Shown piece after piece: positions 29,670-42,835 of a DNA stretch of 64,000 nucleotides (positions are counted from its first letter, which is position 1; every line of letters starts with the position of its first letter). The translations under genes were made by a program, and so were the position numbers. Location: the NCBI RefSeq assembly GCF_009914755.1, contig NC_060926.1; one strand, given 5' to 3'. Source of the stretch: the human T2T-CHM13v2.0 reference genome, Homo sapiens. The notes under the pieces were generated by a model. The model saw only the letters and a list, made by a program, of their open reading frames with translations. It ran no database searches and had not been told where the DNA came from.

Positions 29670-30348
29670 CAGTGGTCCCAAACGTTTTTGGCACCAGGGA
29701 CCAGTTTTGTGGAAGACAGTTTTTTCAGGGACGAGGCAAGGGATGGTTTCTGGATGAAGGGATGAAACTATTTCACCTTACATCATCAGATATTAGTTAG
29801 ATTCTCATGAGGAACTGACAAACTAGATCTCTCACATGTGCAGTTCACAATCGGGTTTGAGCTCAGCCCCACCTCTGCCTCCCTCCCATGCTTGTTGGCA
29901 CCCAAAGTCCAGAAGGGGCAGAGGTGGCAGGGGGCTGGTGTGTCAGCGCTGCCCTGAGTGCATGTACACCCTGCCAGATTGTGACAGCACCCAGGCTTGG
30001 CCACAACTCTGCTCTGCCTTGGAGTTGGCACTGGGAGTAGGGACAGGCCAGGGAGTGGGAGCAGGCACTTCCAAGCCTGTGGGGGAAGGGGACTTCCCAA
30101 GCCCCTGAGAGTGTAGGGATGCCAGGTCTGGAGCCATGGCTGGGCAGCTGCAGCTGCGCCCAGGGGCACAGGAATCCTGCCCTGCCTACTCAGTAGGGGG
30201 CAGGTCTCCTGCCTGTTCCTGGCTGCCATCGGCTTCAAGGATACCGCAGCCCCGGCTGCAGCCAGCATCTTAGCAGAGGCTACTCCAGACGGGCTGCCAC
30301 TGCCATCACTACTGTGCAGCCAGGGTTCCTAAGAGGGCATAGACCCTG
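29670..30348 (+). mobile_element. MER1B-like hAT element interrupted by a MER52 LTR fragment
   Basis: 'cagtggtcccaaacgtttttggcaccagggaccagttttgtggaagaca' at 29670-29860; resumes at 30309-30348. Confidence 0.8.
29860..30308 (-). mobile_element. MER52-type ERV1 LTR, 5' fragment (GC-rich)
   Basis: The minus strand begins tgatggcagtggcagcccgtctggag, as in the MER52 5' end. Confidence 0.75.
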
Positions 30349-31724
30349 TTCTACATCAGTGGTTCTCAACTGAGACAGACTTAGTCATGAAGGTTTAGAA
30401 AACTAAAGATAATACTTAGGTCTTATGCCAAACTTACTGCATCACTTTGCTTAATGTTCTTTGTATAAAAATACATCTCAAGATTATTATGTTATAGCTC
30501 AATGTGTATTTCATTTTGTCTATTTTTAAAAAATGGATTTGTTGTTTTTCTTCCTACAGGAACAACTACATTTTCTTCTCAGTTGCATTATTATTCTTAT
30601 TAAGAACCTGCATTAGAACTTTTACTTTTGAAAATTTTCACTATTAACCACAGACATTGTGATTTCTGTCATACACATATTATATCTGATCATTTTGTTT
30701 TACACTGATGCTTTCCCTGATGCTCTGCTGTAAGCTATAGACAAGAGTTTTGTCTTTAATACTGAAGGATAAACACACAAGCCCTTGGGAAAAAAAATTA
30801 CAAGGCACTTCAGACTGTTGGCATGTGAAAAAACAGATGCATGAGTACGCGCTTGCACTTTCCATATAAGTGGAGTGAACCAGGATTTTGAGAGCATTTT
30901 TTCTCTGGTATCTGGCTTTTTTGGTTGCACAGGAGATGGCTTCATGAGATTGCTAATCTGAGATCCAGTTGAACAATAATTAATTTCATAAGACTGAAAC
31001 AATTGATGAGGGCAATTTTATTGTGTTACTTGTGTGAAATGTTGATTTTGTTTTCATATTCTACTTACTGGATATATAGCTCAAACTCTTCTGTCTCATC
31101 TTAAGATCTCTAATCCACAATAATTGTATAAATATTGCTTTTAAAGTGAAACAATACATTTAGAAATAATAGTAGATTCTAACTTACCCTCAGAATTTTA
31201 GGGGAAAAAACATATTAAATATCCTTACTTTTCATGATAATATAGTTAATTGCATAAATCCAGTAAGAATGTACCTTCCTTTCTACCAGTATATAATAGG
31301 ACAAATGGATTATACACTAAAGGACTTATGTGGAGTGTCATATATCAGAATAATGGTCATCAAATTATGCTCATATTGGGGAACAAAGTTTGACTATTTT
31401 ATGGAGCCAATGCCCGTAATGCTTTCCCAGGAAAACTGGCCTGGTATCTAAATCGCCTGGTAACTGGCTACACGTCCCAGCCTTATAGGTGATAAGGAAG
31501 GTCAATTTCAGGAATGCTAGAGATTACAACAAATTTTAGGGACTTTGAGGAAAAAGAAATATATTCAAATTTATAGACATAGCAGATGAAATCTGATAGA
31601 CTTCTTGTGCATAGTTTATTACTGTCAAAGATAGCAAATAATATAGGCTTTCAAAAATCCAATTCAATATTCCGTTTTAAAACTTCCAGGCAGAAGTTAA
31701 ATTTGTAACCATAGTGGTTGCTCA

Positions 31725-32320
31725 GTACTTTATAGTTAACAAATTAGATAAATTAGATGAAATGGACAAATTTCCAGAAGAAAACAAACTACTGAAACTG
31801 GCTCAAGAAGAAATAGACAATCTAAATAGACCTATATTAAGTAAAGATTAAATCAGTAACTAGACAACTACCTATATCTGGCTAGGGCCTAGATAGCTTC
31901 ACCACTGAATTTATTAAAGAAGAATTAATACCAGTTATTCACAAATTCTTGCAAACCTGGAAGAGAAGGGACTACTTTCCATAACTTTCTAAGAAGTCAG
32001 TATTACTCTAATATCAAAACTACACAAATCTCAGCACTTTTGGAGGCCAAAGCTGATGGGTCAGTTGAGGCCAGCAGTTCAAGACCAGCCTGGCCAACAT
32101 GGTGAAATCCTGTCTCTACTAAATATATATGTATATATTTATATTATATATTTATATTTATAGTATATATACTATAGTATATATTTAGTATATTCTGCAA
32201 GAGATCCAGAATAGCAAAAACAATTGTGAAAAAGAAGAATAAAACAGAATTCATACTTTCTGATTTCAAACTCACTACAAACAAAGGTAATAATGACAGT
32301 GTGGTTTGAGCACAAGGACA

Positions 32321-32381
<61 letters not shown>

Positions 32382-33655
32382 GAATTTTAAAATAAACCCA
32401 TGAATCTATGGCTGATTGCTTTTTGATAAGGATGCCAAGACCTTTCAATGGGGAAAATGGTCTTTTCAACAAATGATCCTAGAACAAATAGCCACATTCA
32501 AAAATATATGAAGCTAGACCCTTACCTCACACCACATACAAAAATTAACTCAAAATGGATCAATGACCTATAATTTTCTATAAATTTCTTAGAAGATTTT
32601 ATAGGAGTAAATCTTCATGATTTTGAATTTGGCTAAGGATTCTTAGATGTGACACTAAAAGCATGACCAACAAAAGAAAAAAATGTACTTAATAAATAAT
32701 TGTTACCTTTTATGCATCAAAGGACACAATTAAGAAAGGGACAAGACAATTCACAGAATGGGAGAAAGTATTTGCAAATTATCTGAAAAGAGACCTATAC
32801 ATATATATTTGCAGATGTGAGTGTGTGAGACTATATATATATACATATTGATATATATATATATATCAATAATAAAAAGACAACCAAATTAATAATGGAC
32901 CAATAATCTGAATAAATATTCCTCCAAAAAAGATTACACATGGCCAATAGATGCTTGACATCTTTAACCATCAGAGAAATGAAAATTAAACTACCAGGTA
33001 CCATTTCACATCCATTAGGATGTCTAAAATAAAAAAGACAGGTAATAACAAGTGTTGAGAAAAATGGAGAATTCAGAACCCTTCATACACTGCTGGTGGG
33101 AATGTAAAATGATCTGGCTGTTTTGCAAATGTCCTGAAAAGAAATGAAAACTTTTGTACAAACAAAAACTTGCAAACAAATGTTTATAGGTATATTATTT
33201 ATAATAACCAAAAGGTAAAAGCAAAACAAACATATCCATCAACAGACAAATGAATAAATAAAATGTGGTATGTTCACCCAATGGAATAAAAGGAAACATT
33301 GATACATGCCAAAACATGAATGAATTTTAAAAACATAAGTGAAATCATTTAGTCACAAAAGGTCACATACTATATGATTACAATCATATGAAAGTCTAGA
33401 ATAGGGAAATCTGTTGAGACAGAATGTAAATTAGTGATGTTTATGGCTGAAATGAAAGTAGAGATAGAGGGATAGAGAAGTGATGGCTAAAGGATACACT
33501 GTTTCTTCTCAAGGTCATAAAAATGTAATGAAATTGGTGATGGTAGCGTGTCTCTATGGATGTATTAAAATATACTCTACTAATATACTAAAAACTGCTT
33601 TGAATATGAAGTATTATATGATATGTCAAGTATATCTCAATGAAGCTGTTAAAAA
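31725..33655 (+). mobile_element. L1MB/MC-type LINE fragment with an internal Alu left-arm piece (~32028-32122) and (TA)n
   Basis: 'ttagatgaaatggacaaatttccagaag' (ORF2) through an L1M 3' end 'tatatctcaatgaagctgttaaaaa'. Confidence 0.8.
32323..32374. repeat. (TA)n microsatellite, about 25 units
   Basis: Seen directly in the sequence. Confidence 0.95.
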
Positions 33656-34351
33656 GTGCACTATGGTTCTAGATTTGTAAAACCAACTTGAGGAGGTCTA
33701 TATTGTAATTAACACTCTCATGTACCTATCTCAACAGTAGGCCAAACCTTATTAAACTAGCAATATTTTTAATCAAGAATATTCTTTCTTTGAGATTAGT
33801 ATAATCACAAGGAGGAGAGATTATAAGAAAAAAACACAAGTGTTTTAAATGGGCATTTTCTCCAGAAAACAGAAAATGATGTACATTATTATTGATCATA
33901 AAAATAAAAATTAGTTATTAAGTGGAATGCAACTGATTATTGCCCTAAGGATAGAGTGGTTTTGCACTTATTTATAAATTTATTTCAACATTTTTAATAT
34001 TCTCATATAGTGTGATATTTTGAATTCTCCTTTGAATTTTTGTAACATCTTACTTGTTCCTTCATTAATTAATGAGCTAAACGAAATCTTTGAAACATTT
34101 TCATTTTATATTTGTGTGAGAGCCATGAATATGCCCTCTTTAAAAATTACCTTTAAATACTTATTTTTCTTTCTAATATTTAAACAAAACTACAAAATGA
34201 AATATAGTAGATAAAGGAGATGAATTTCTGAACATTTTCTTATTTTGAGACATCCTTTTTCTTCTTTCAGCATAAGAAGGAGTTTGCATCCATTGTAGTA
34301 TAGTTGGATTTTTTTAGTTTGAAAAACAAATCATGACTTTTTCTTAATTGG

Positions 34352-34357
34352 TTTATT
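34352..34357 (-). terminator. Candidate polyadenylation signal AATAAA of CALCRL
   Basis: tttatt on the + strand, followed on the minus strand by a U/GU-rich stretch (tgatttgtttttc) about 20-35 nt downstream. Other tttatt copies at 34921 and 35362 are alternative candidates. Confidence 0.55.
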
Positions 34358-37076
34358 GAATTCATTTACTGGTTTACTGAAGACTTTAAAGAGGGCAAAA
34401 GATATATTTTGTTAAGAGATTTGTTAATTTTGAGAAGTATCCCATTGATTACTGTAAGAATTATGTTTATAAATTAGATTATTTGGCACTGTAGTAAATA
34501 TCAATGAAAATAAACTTTAACTCATAACTTTAATATTTTCATACAATCAAAAAATAGAGATATACTCTAGGCATAACATAAATTGTTATAATTGATCAGA
34601 ATATCTTGAATATATTTTTACGGATAACTAGTGGTTTCTACTAGCAGATTAAAACCAAGAGAAAATTAAAAGTAAGTTCACATTTAAAAAAAATTATAAG
34701 CAATAAATACAGCACTACAGCCACCACTAATTCTATATACATTGGATTACATTTAAACAAACACTGCATTCCAGAATGAATATTTTATGAATAAATGCAT
34801 TGGAAATTAACTTTAGGAAATAAAATGACAAATTAGAATTTAGAAAATTAAAATATGACTTTCACAAGTAATCACAGTAAAATGCAGATCTACATTTTAA
34901 AAGCTAGAAATTTCCCCAAATTTATTTTTTTGACAGCAAAGAAGTTTGCTTTAAAAAAAGTGTCAGATTTACTTTGCTTTATGAGTATGATACAAAGATA
35001 TTAAGTAGCATTTAGCTTTTGAGAAATCTAACATTTAAAACTATTCTAAAAATATATGGGTACAAAACTAACAGTGATTAATCATGAATGACTGCTACGC
35101 CTCAAGACTCTACAACAGACAAACCCTGGCTATAAAATAAATCTGATCTAGAATTAATATTATAAAAGCACAACAAAAATACTTGAAAATTACATGTTTA
35201 TTTTAATATAATCTCTGATCATTCAACATTTTTTACTGTCACTTCTACTGTCAAGATGGTTGAGAGTTGACAGTTTGTCTAGAAGAAGGCTGATATATGT
35301 CAACATGGTCAGCAAAGGATTTAAATATGGGTCTTTGAATAATAAATAGCTAATAATTGAGTTTATTAAAATGAATTTTTGTATAATTTAGGCAGTTGAA
35401 GGTCTAGAACAGCCTGCGTTCCTTTCTATGGCAGCTTGCTATGAAATTCATGTTTCAAACAAAACAATACTTTTTCATGCATAGATAAATTATAAATGTA
35501 CTGACCAGACCATTCTATATGTTAATTCTTACGAATTTAGATAATTTGTCTTAGCAATTTGAAATAAGTTCTGAACTCACCATCTATTGACATATTGACA
35601 GCTTAAGAAACAACTTATGATGAGTAATTTGTTTCATCCATTTTAATCAACTTGACACACTTAAAAAACAGATACCCATGACTTTTCCCAAAATTGACTT
35701 TTACTAATTGAAGTCATTCTTGTTCTTTAGAGATTTCAGCGGAAAATAACATTAGAGAAACTGAATCCCATGCAAATTTCACTTTAATTCATTAGCAAGG
35801 TTTTCTTCTATCTTTATTTAATAAAGTCTGACAATAATTCAGTAAGATCTGACAATAATTTTTTCTCAATGATATATTCAAGTATTTCCCTAATTTGTAT
35901 TATATACAGTAGCTCTATTAAAATATTAAAGCATTGTATATGGTATATATAGTATCCTTCTAGTTTTTTATATTTCTTGAATAGCCTGGGACATTTCCAA
36001 AGCTATATATCTTCACATAGTAAAAGTCAGTAAAGTAATATTTTAATGGGGTAAAATCTATAAAAGTAGCAGATTGGTATTTATCACAGTAGTTGTTTAA
36101 AATTTCTGGATTAGAATGTGAGTTCATTGTCAAAATGAAAAAAGAAATATGTCAAACACACCTATTATTAAGGTATGAGTTATCAAAACAAATATATTCA
36201 GTAAAATAGTGACCTTGTGTTTTTAAAATAAATATATCTTATGATAGATGTTTCTGTTCTCTTAGTTCTCAAACAGACTTCTGATGCTGGCATCTGGTTG
36301 TCTTTAAAATATTTACCAAATATAGCATTCCAGACTCTATTTTATTTAAAAAATCAGCCCAGATACAGTATCAGATATTAACATACACACATTGTTGCAT
36401 TATATATTTGCTTTAAAAATTACATAGGTTGTATGTATTTGATTTGAGACTATAAAATAAAATAATGGAGTATTTACAAGCTCATTTTTCACAATTTCTT
36501 TTTACAAAATTCCAAGAAAATAAGAAATCCTTCATTGATTTTCTTTATATAAAATGATTGCTAATTTGTTTATACAGTAGAAATGGAAGGGACAAAATTT
36601 ATATTTACAGCTAGGAATTCCCTCCCACTGTTTGGTAAGACAGGAAGAGGTTGACAAGGTGTTTTGTAGCATCAACTAAGATGTTTTCCTAATGATATAG
36701 AAGTAAGATTGCATATTATACATCCTGTTCATCCAGTTTCCACAATGGATATGCCACAAGATATAACTGATGTGTCAGCAAATGAGTAGATCATAACAAT
36801 TGTACTCAGTTGCTTTTCATAGAGAAAAGAAAGCCAGCAGGGATAATTCACTTCTGGTATTGTCCATTTGAGAGGGTAGTTACAAAAAGGACTACGGCAC
36901 TCTGGGCAAAAAAAAAAGTCAACTGCCCCAATCAAGATGGGATAAAGAGTTTTAAAACTAAAAGCTAATTTTCCCTTCATGTTTATAGACCTTAGCTAGG
37001 TCTCTTGGGGCAATAAGGGTAGAATCATGCCCAACATGTATGTTTAGTTTTACAGCCATTTGTTTGTGAATTCATG

Positions 37077-37270
37077 CAATGGTGTGCTGGAACTGGCTTA
37101 CACCAGCTCAGAAAAGTTGATTGTGCTTTTCTCCAATTCCACACTTGGTGATGTCAGGTTAGTAGCGTCACATCAGGCATAGTGGGAGTATTTACTGACA
37201 AACATTACAAACCAGGATTTCTTTTTTCCCACATAGAGCTGGATGTTACACTCTTATCAACACACTACTA
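37077..37270. mobile_element. MER63A-like hAT-Blackjack MITE within the CALCRL 3'UTR
   Basis: Degenerate TIRs caatggtgtgctgg / tcaacacactacta; 8-bp TSD aattcatg (37069-76) / atttcatg (37271-78); internal 'gtgggagtattta' matches recalled MER63A. Confidence 0.8.
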
Positions 37271-37403
37271 ATTTCATGTGAAGGCTCTTCTTTATGACAT
37301 TCAAAAAGTCATTTAATATTGAAGTCTTCTGGCTACAGAGTCATGGGTCCAAGTCCTTGAGTTAGGAGAAGCACAAAACAGTGAGACAACCATCCTTCTA
37401 TTT

Positions 37404-37619
<216 letters not shown>

Positions 37620-38061
37620 CTATCAATCAAAAGGAAAACAGAAAGAACAAGAACAACCCATTAATTGAAATGAAGACACTGTTTTTGAAGCACAATTAAA
37701 TAGGTCTTGGAGAAGAGCTTTTTTAAAAAAAGTTATGTTAATCAGTGAATAATATAGCTTCATTTTCTTAATTTAAAAAATTAAGTGTACCATCTTCACA
37801 TTAGGAAATGTATTACAATTACATTGTACTTTACATTCCATTAATATTTTTCATGGCATGTTTTGTCTTCAAAGCTTTTATAATTCATATGTATTTATTG
37901 TTGCCAAACAAATAGGTAATCTGGACCCCCATTTATAAGATTTCATGTGCAACATTGAGTTTTATATTAATGTCTTTATTAATAGAATGAGAAGACAATT
38001 CGTGACAGGATAAGCGAAAGATACACAAAAGAAAAGAAGTTAGGATACGAAGAATACAAAT

Positions 38062-38082
38062 CAGCAGCAGCAGCAGCAGCAG
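38062..38082. repeat. (CAG)7 trinucleotide repeat in the last CALCRL intron
   Basis: Seen directly; followed by degenerate units. Confidence 0.95.
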
Positions 38083-38849
38083 GGCAGTAGCAGCAACCTT
38101 TGTTTTTGAGTGACTCCCATATGCCAGAAATTGTGCTACATTCTAAAAAAGGGAGCATGATATTTGTCTTCATGGAGCTTACTACATAGAGGAAAGAAAA
38201 GTGTTGAACAAATAATTATAAATCTGGTGAATATTGTGAAAAATAAATTTAGGAATGTAACCACTCCATTTTTATATATTTGAAACCTCTTCTGCTGAAT
38301 AAATTTGCAGTTTAATGACTTCCTTCCCCTCTGTTTGAAGCTAGAGATCAGGGGTAGGTGGGTCCTATACAGTAAAATATTGGTCATAATGGAATGTAAG
38401 GCACAAGAGTGAATTTTCTTCATTGTCAGTCAATGGGCACAAATGAGAACATTTAAATACATCTCTAGCTCAAGTACGTTGAGGACTTTTCCATGTCTGA
38501 TGAGTGAGCACACTGGCTTGGAGCAGCCTGCTTTTAGGTTATGAATGTGTTAGCCAAATCCTTGTGACCCGATCTATATCTGCCCAGAGTGGGTTTGCTT
38601 TGAATGGTCTTCCCCAAGCTCTCTATTGCTCTTTGGCTCTTTCAGTGCTTTTCCAAAGGGAATCTGAGCATCTCACAGCAATTTTCTGGTAATTCATTTT
38701 CTACGTACTGAGGTATAATTGTTTAACTTTCTACTACTTATATAGAATTCCTCAACTTTCTCTTCACTATATCCATGTATACAAATCAATATTAAATCTT
38801 TAAAAAGGGCTTACTTCTCTCTTGTTATTTCCTAGTCTAATGGATTAAA

Positions 38850-38880
38850 ACACACACACACACACATACACACACACACA
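38850..38880. repeat. (CA)n microsatellite
   Basis: Seen directly in the sequence. Confidence 0.9.
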
Positions 38881-41800
38881 AAACCTCAATTCCTCCAATT
38901 ACAAACATTCTATAGAAAATAGGTGTTCCAGGATGTCTGCAGCTTTACAGGATACTTCAGAGTTCCTGTTAAAGTATCTTATAGTCTGTCACTTAAAATA
39001 AACTCAAAGTTTTATTGTCTCATTTCATGTAGGAAAAAAGAAGGAGCAAATATAAAGCCAACAATGTGTTTAGGTAAAATTAAATGAGGTATTAAAATTA
39101 TCAGTTAATTTCACTCTACTATATAGTTCAAAAATTATATAATTAAAATGAAATAACTTCGTATTGAAAGTTACATTATGATGAAGTTCAGTAACTTCAG
39201 CCCTTTCAAGCTCAATTTAAAAAATATATGGTAACCATATCTGAAGAAAACAATTTATATTCATGTAAATATGCTTTGAAAATAAAAGCATTTATAAGGC
39301 AACAAATTTATTTATCTTGCAAAAATTAAACTTTCCTCTCAATTTAGTAATATAATTCTAAATCCTCCGTATAAAATATCTAAATTCAGATAATTTAAAA
39401 ATAACATCTGCATATGTAACAACCTCAAGATCATGAGCAAACTACAAATTGAATGGCTTCAGATTGTGAATTTTAAATACATATTCAGAGATTCAAAATA
39501 AAAATGACCATTGACCAATTATCTAGATACATCTGATGAGAAATATTTTTGATCCTTATTTTTTGTTTCATAAACTTCTCCTAATTTTGTTACTAAATGC
39601 TGAATTGGTTGAGTATGTAATCAATATAGTTTCTGGTTGAGGGGAAGTGGCATATAGCTTTGTATAAAAAATTCTATATAAAGTATGAGAAAAAGCTGAG
39701 AGGAAGTAATATCTTAGCTGTGAGTCTAGTACTTATAGTCTTAAAAAGGAAAGCTTAAATTCAATTTGGAAGGAAAATGGCTATTGAAATATATGACTGT
39801 TTGCTCTTAAAATATCTACTTTGATTAAGGTCATCACTCTATTTCTTCCTTGCAACTAAATCATCAGAAAAACCATAGAAAGCCAATTTCATGAACTGTG
39901 AGGTCTTACTATAGTTAAAAATAAACCTAATTAAAGATCCACAGGCCTTGTAGACTTGTTTGTTTATGTTATTTGCTCTAAGGATGTTACATTTTTCTTC
40001 TGCTTCCTCTAATACAATATCACACCTGTTAAATACGACATTAAAGCAGCTACTCTTAATAAACTTTTAATGAGAAAAAATCAGTAGGAGCAAATTTCCA
40101 TTGTAAGGGAAGATAGCTGGGTGTTATTAAAGATATGAATGTTTTTATTGTTTTATGCATGACCATGTATAAGTAGTAAGGCAAATGTTTAGAATGTAAC
40201 ATTACAACTTTATATACCCATTAACACCCAATAAGGAACTAACTTTATACTCCTTAATGGGAATCAATTTAAAATATTTACGAAACTTTTATAAAAATTC
40301 TACGTAGTTCTCATTAAAGAATTTGGGTTTAATTGTCTGTCCTCAACAAAACTTTTTGCTCATCTTATGGAATATCTACCCTCAGGTGTTGTTAAATATA
40401 ACCTTCTGATGACTAGAGTCCCTAGTTTATGATCACAGTGCACATTTTTGTCTGAGGGCACTAGGGATAAAATGAAAGTAATCCAAGCACTTGTCAAGCC
40501 ACATTTATTTAACTAGTGAGAAATGCTAATAGCAAGACGTTAGCTAAAAAGTGCATAAAAGGTGGGAAAGAAAAAAACACAAATATTAAGCTAAAGGCAG
40601 GCATTTGACCTAATGTGGAAAACAAGAAGGAAACTAAGCCTGAGCAAATGATTTTAAGAAGTACATGACATAGTTGGAACAAAATGAATTTGGCAGTTGT
40701 TTCTTCATGTTATGAGAGTGGGAAAAAGTAAGAGGCATTGAGACAAAAAGGGAGGGATCACAGTATTTCTTAAGAAGAGAAATGAATCATACTGAAACAG
40801 GGATTGTATCTCCAGAGATGAAGAAAAGGAACAGATATTAGAAATGTTGTGAGGAACTGAAAGATTTGGCAACAACCTAGCTCAAACATTGTGTATTATT
40901 GTAATTTTCCAATGTCAAAATTTTCTCAATTTTAGGACATGGCAGAAGATCAAGGTTCTGTGTCCCTTTTGTTTACACAGATCGAGTGTAACAGGAGTGT
41001 TAGGCATTACTTTAGATATTCCCTGGGCACTCTTTCTAAATAAAAGAGCCAATTTGGGATTTTGATCCAAAATGATTAATGTTCCTGTTGGCACATGTGT
41101 TTTTGAAAATAAGTGATTTGACAAATCAAATAATAAGTATACTGAGAATCTCATGAAGTGGGGCATGGTGCTAAAAACTTTATCTTTCTTAGCTTGTATT
41201 TATTTTTCTGAGACCTGTGTAGAGAACTTGCTTTAATTTCCCTTTAAGAAAGATAGACACAGGCTCCTGAAATTTGCCAGCATTTGCCAAAATATCACAG
41301 CCAAGATGAAAAGTAGCATCTTTGGTGATTAAATGCATTGCTGTGTTTATTCTACACTGCCTCCTATTACAAAATATTTTACTAGTGAGTGTGTTTTGAA
41401 TATTTAAAAATTAGTTCATGGAATTAAAATCTGTTTCTGTAGATACAGAGGTCTACCTTTCCTATTTCATGCATGTTCTTTAGCATGTTGTCCATATCAC
41501 TCTCATCTATATTTAATTATTACATCCTATACAAGTAGCAATTAGGGTTGTCTAATTCAGTGTATATAACATTAAATTTATAGAGGTATATAATAAAATC
41601 TATTTGAATTTTACTATCAAACAAATGATTTATCTATTTTTTGTAACTGCATTCTGTCTATGCTTCTCTGATTTCAGAAAAAGTTGCTCTTGTCTTCTGT
41701 ATAGCAGAAGAATTATGGAAGTACCACTTAAATGTATGAAATATAGTCTACAATGTGTGGCAACTCTACACCTCATTACAAATAAATAAATATAGATAAA

Positions 41801-42835
41801 TAATAATAATATAAATAAATACGTGTTGAACTTGAGATATATTTTAATTAAAAACTAAACATTGAGTTTTATTATATGTCAAGATGAGGAAGTAAAAATA
41901 TTACTTAAGCAAGCGCAAATAACATGTTATAGTTTTTCATGATGTGTGCATGATTTCCAATGTTCATTTGTTTTATAGGAATGGTTGTCATAGGTTATAC
42001 CAACTGGTCCCATGTGTTCCCCATCTGAAGCTTTATGATAAGCTTCACATTATCAAGTGTCTGTGTCTCACTCAGCTGCTGTCTGGATTTCTAAACTTTG
42101 TTCAATTTTGCCAAAATCCTCCTACAGGTTAAATTGTGTCGAGCAGATTAAAAACATATAAAGAGCTAAGTCAATAGAGCTCAGATTACTGAGCTATAAC
42201 ACATTTGTATGCATAAGAAATATGTTACCAGCTTTCAAAATGCCTGAAACTTCCCAAGTAGGAAACGCATGGATAAAAATCTAGAAGTACTGAAGAGTAC
42301 ATGGTCATGTTATGAATTAGAGCATTCTCTTCTAAATTTCCTAACCCATTGAATTTCTTCCCTGTATAACCAAGAGTTTAATTTTTAAAATCCTTTCGTA
42401 TTTGCCATAAAGTTGTTTCCATAGGCTACATTGTAAGACAGGCAAAAAAGAGAAAGAGGGAAAATGAGATGATCCTATTTCTTATTTCCTATTAGAGTGT
42501 ATGTTCTATGAGATTTGGGATTGCCTGGCACTGTATCTGGGGAAAAGCTCAGACTTAATGGGACTCAAAGGTATCTCAAAAGATTAGATGAATAGCATTT
42601 GAAATATTTTTAAGTGAGGTTGACTTTTCCCTGGCTTTGAACTCCAATATGACCTGAGCATTTGAGAAGGAGAGTTAAACCTATGGTAAGAGATTCTATG
42701 GTTCTTTCCCTGATGGAAACAGAATTTAACATGGTTGTTCCTGGGGAATTTATAATTTTATCTCATTTAAATACATGGATAGATAGACAGATAGCAAATA
42801 TAAAATAATAGAAGGAATAAAATCAATTATCATAC

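Larger units (their letters stand above)
26930..31650 (+). mobile_element. Probable decayed ERV internal sequence (MER4-group-like), interrupted by Charlie, Alu, MER1 and MER52 pieces
   Basis: 31470-31600 resembles MER4-group int 'cccagccttacaggtgagtaaggaaggtca...gaaatctgat'; PBS(Leu)-like tggcggcagcagtg at ~26934. Confidence 0.4.
34335..37403 (-). other. CALCRL: CALCRL 3'UTR (about 3.07 kb to the candidate poly(A) site; longer or shorter isoforms possible)
   Basis: AU-rich, mostly repeat-poor sequence after the stop codon. The 3' end is inferred from the AATAAA at 34352-34357. Confidence 0.65.

Noticed and set aside
29786-30268. Longest ORF in the track (160 aa)
   Set aside because: It lies in a GC-rich MER52/MER1 composite, where stop-poor frames arise by chance; no recognisable domain.
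25111-34214. Similar peptides in ORFs 25111..25317 and 34020..34214 (PSLANELNKIFE / PSLINELNEIFE) as a paralogous micropeptide pair
   Set aside because: The DNA duplication explains the similarity. Both ORFs use TTG starts, and their frames diverge upstream through an indel.
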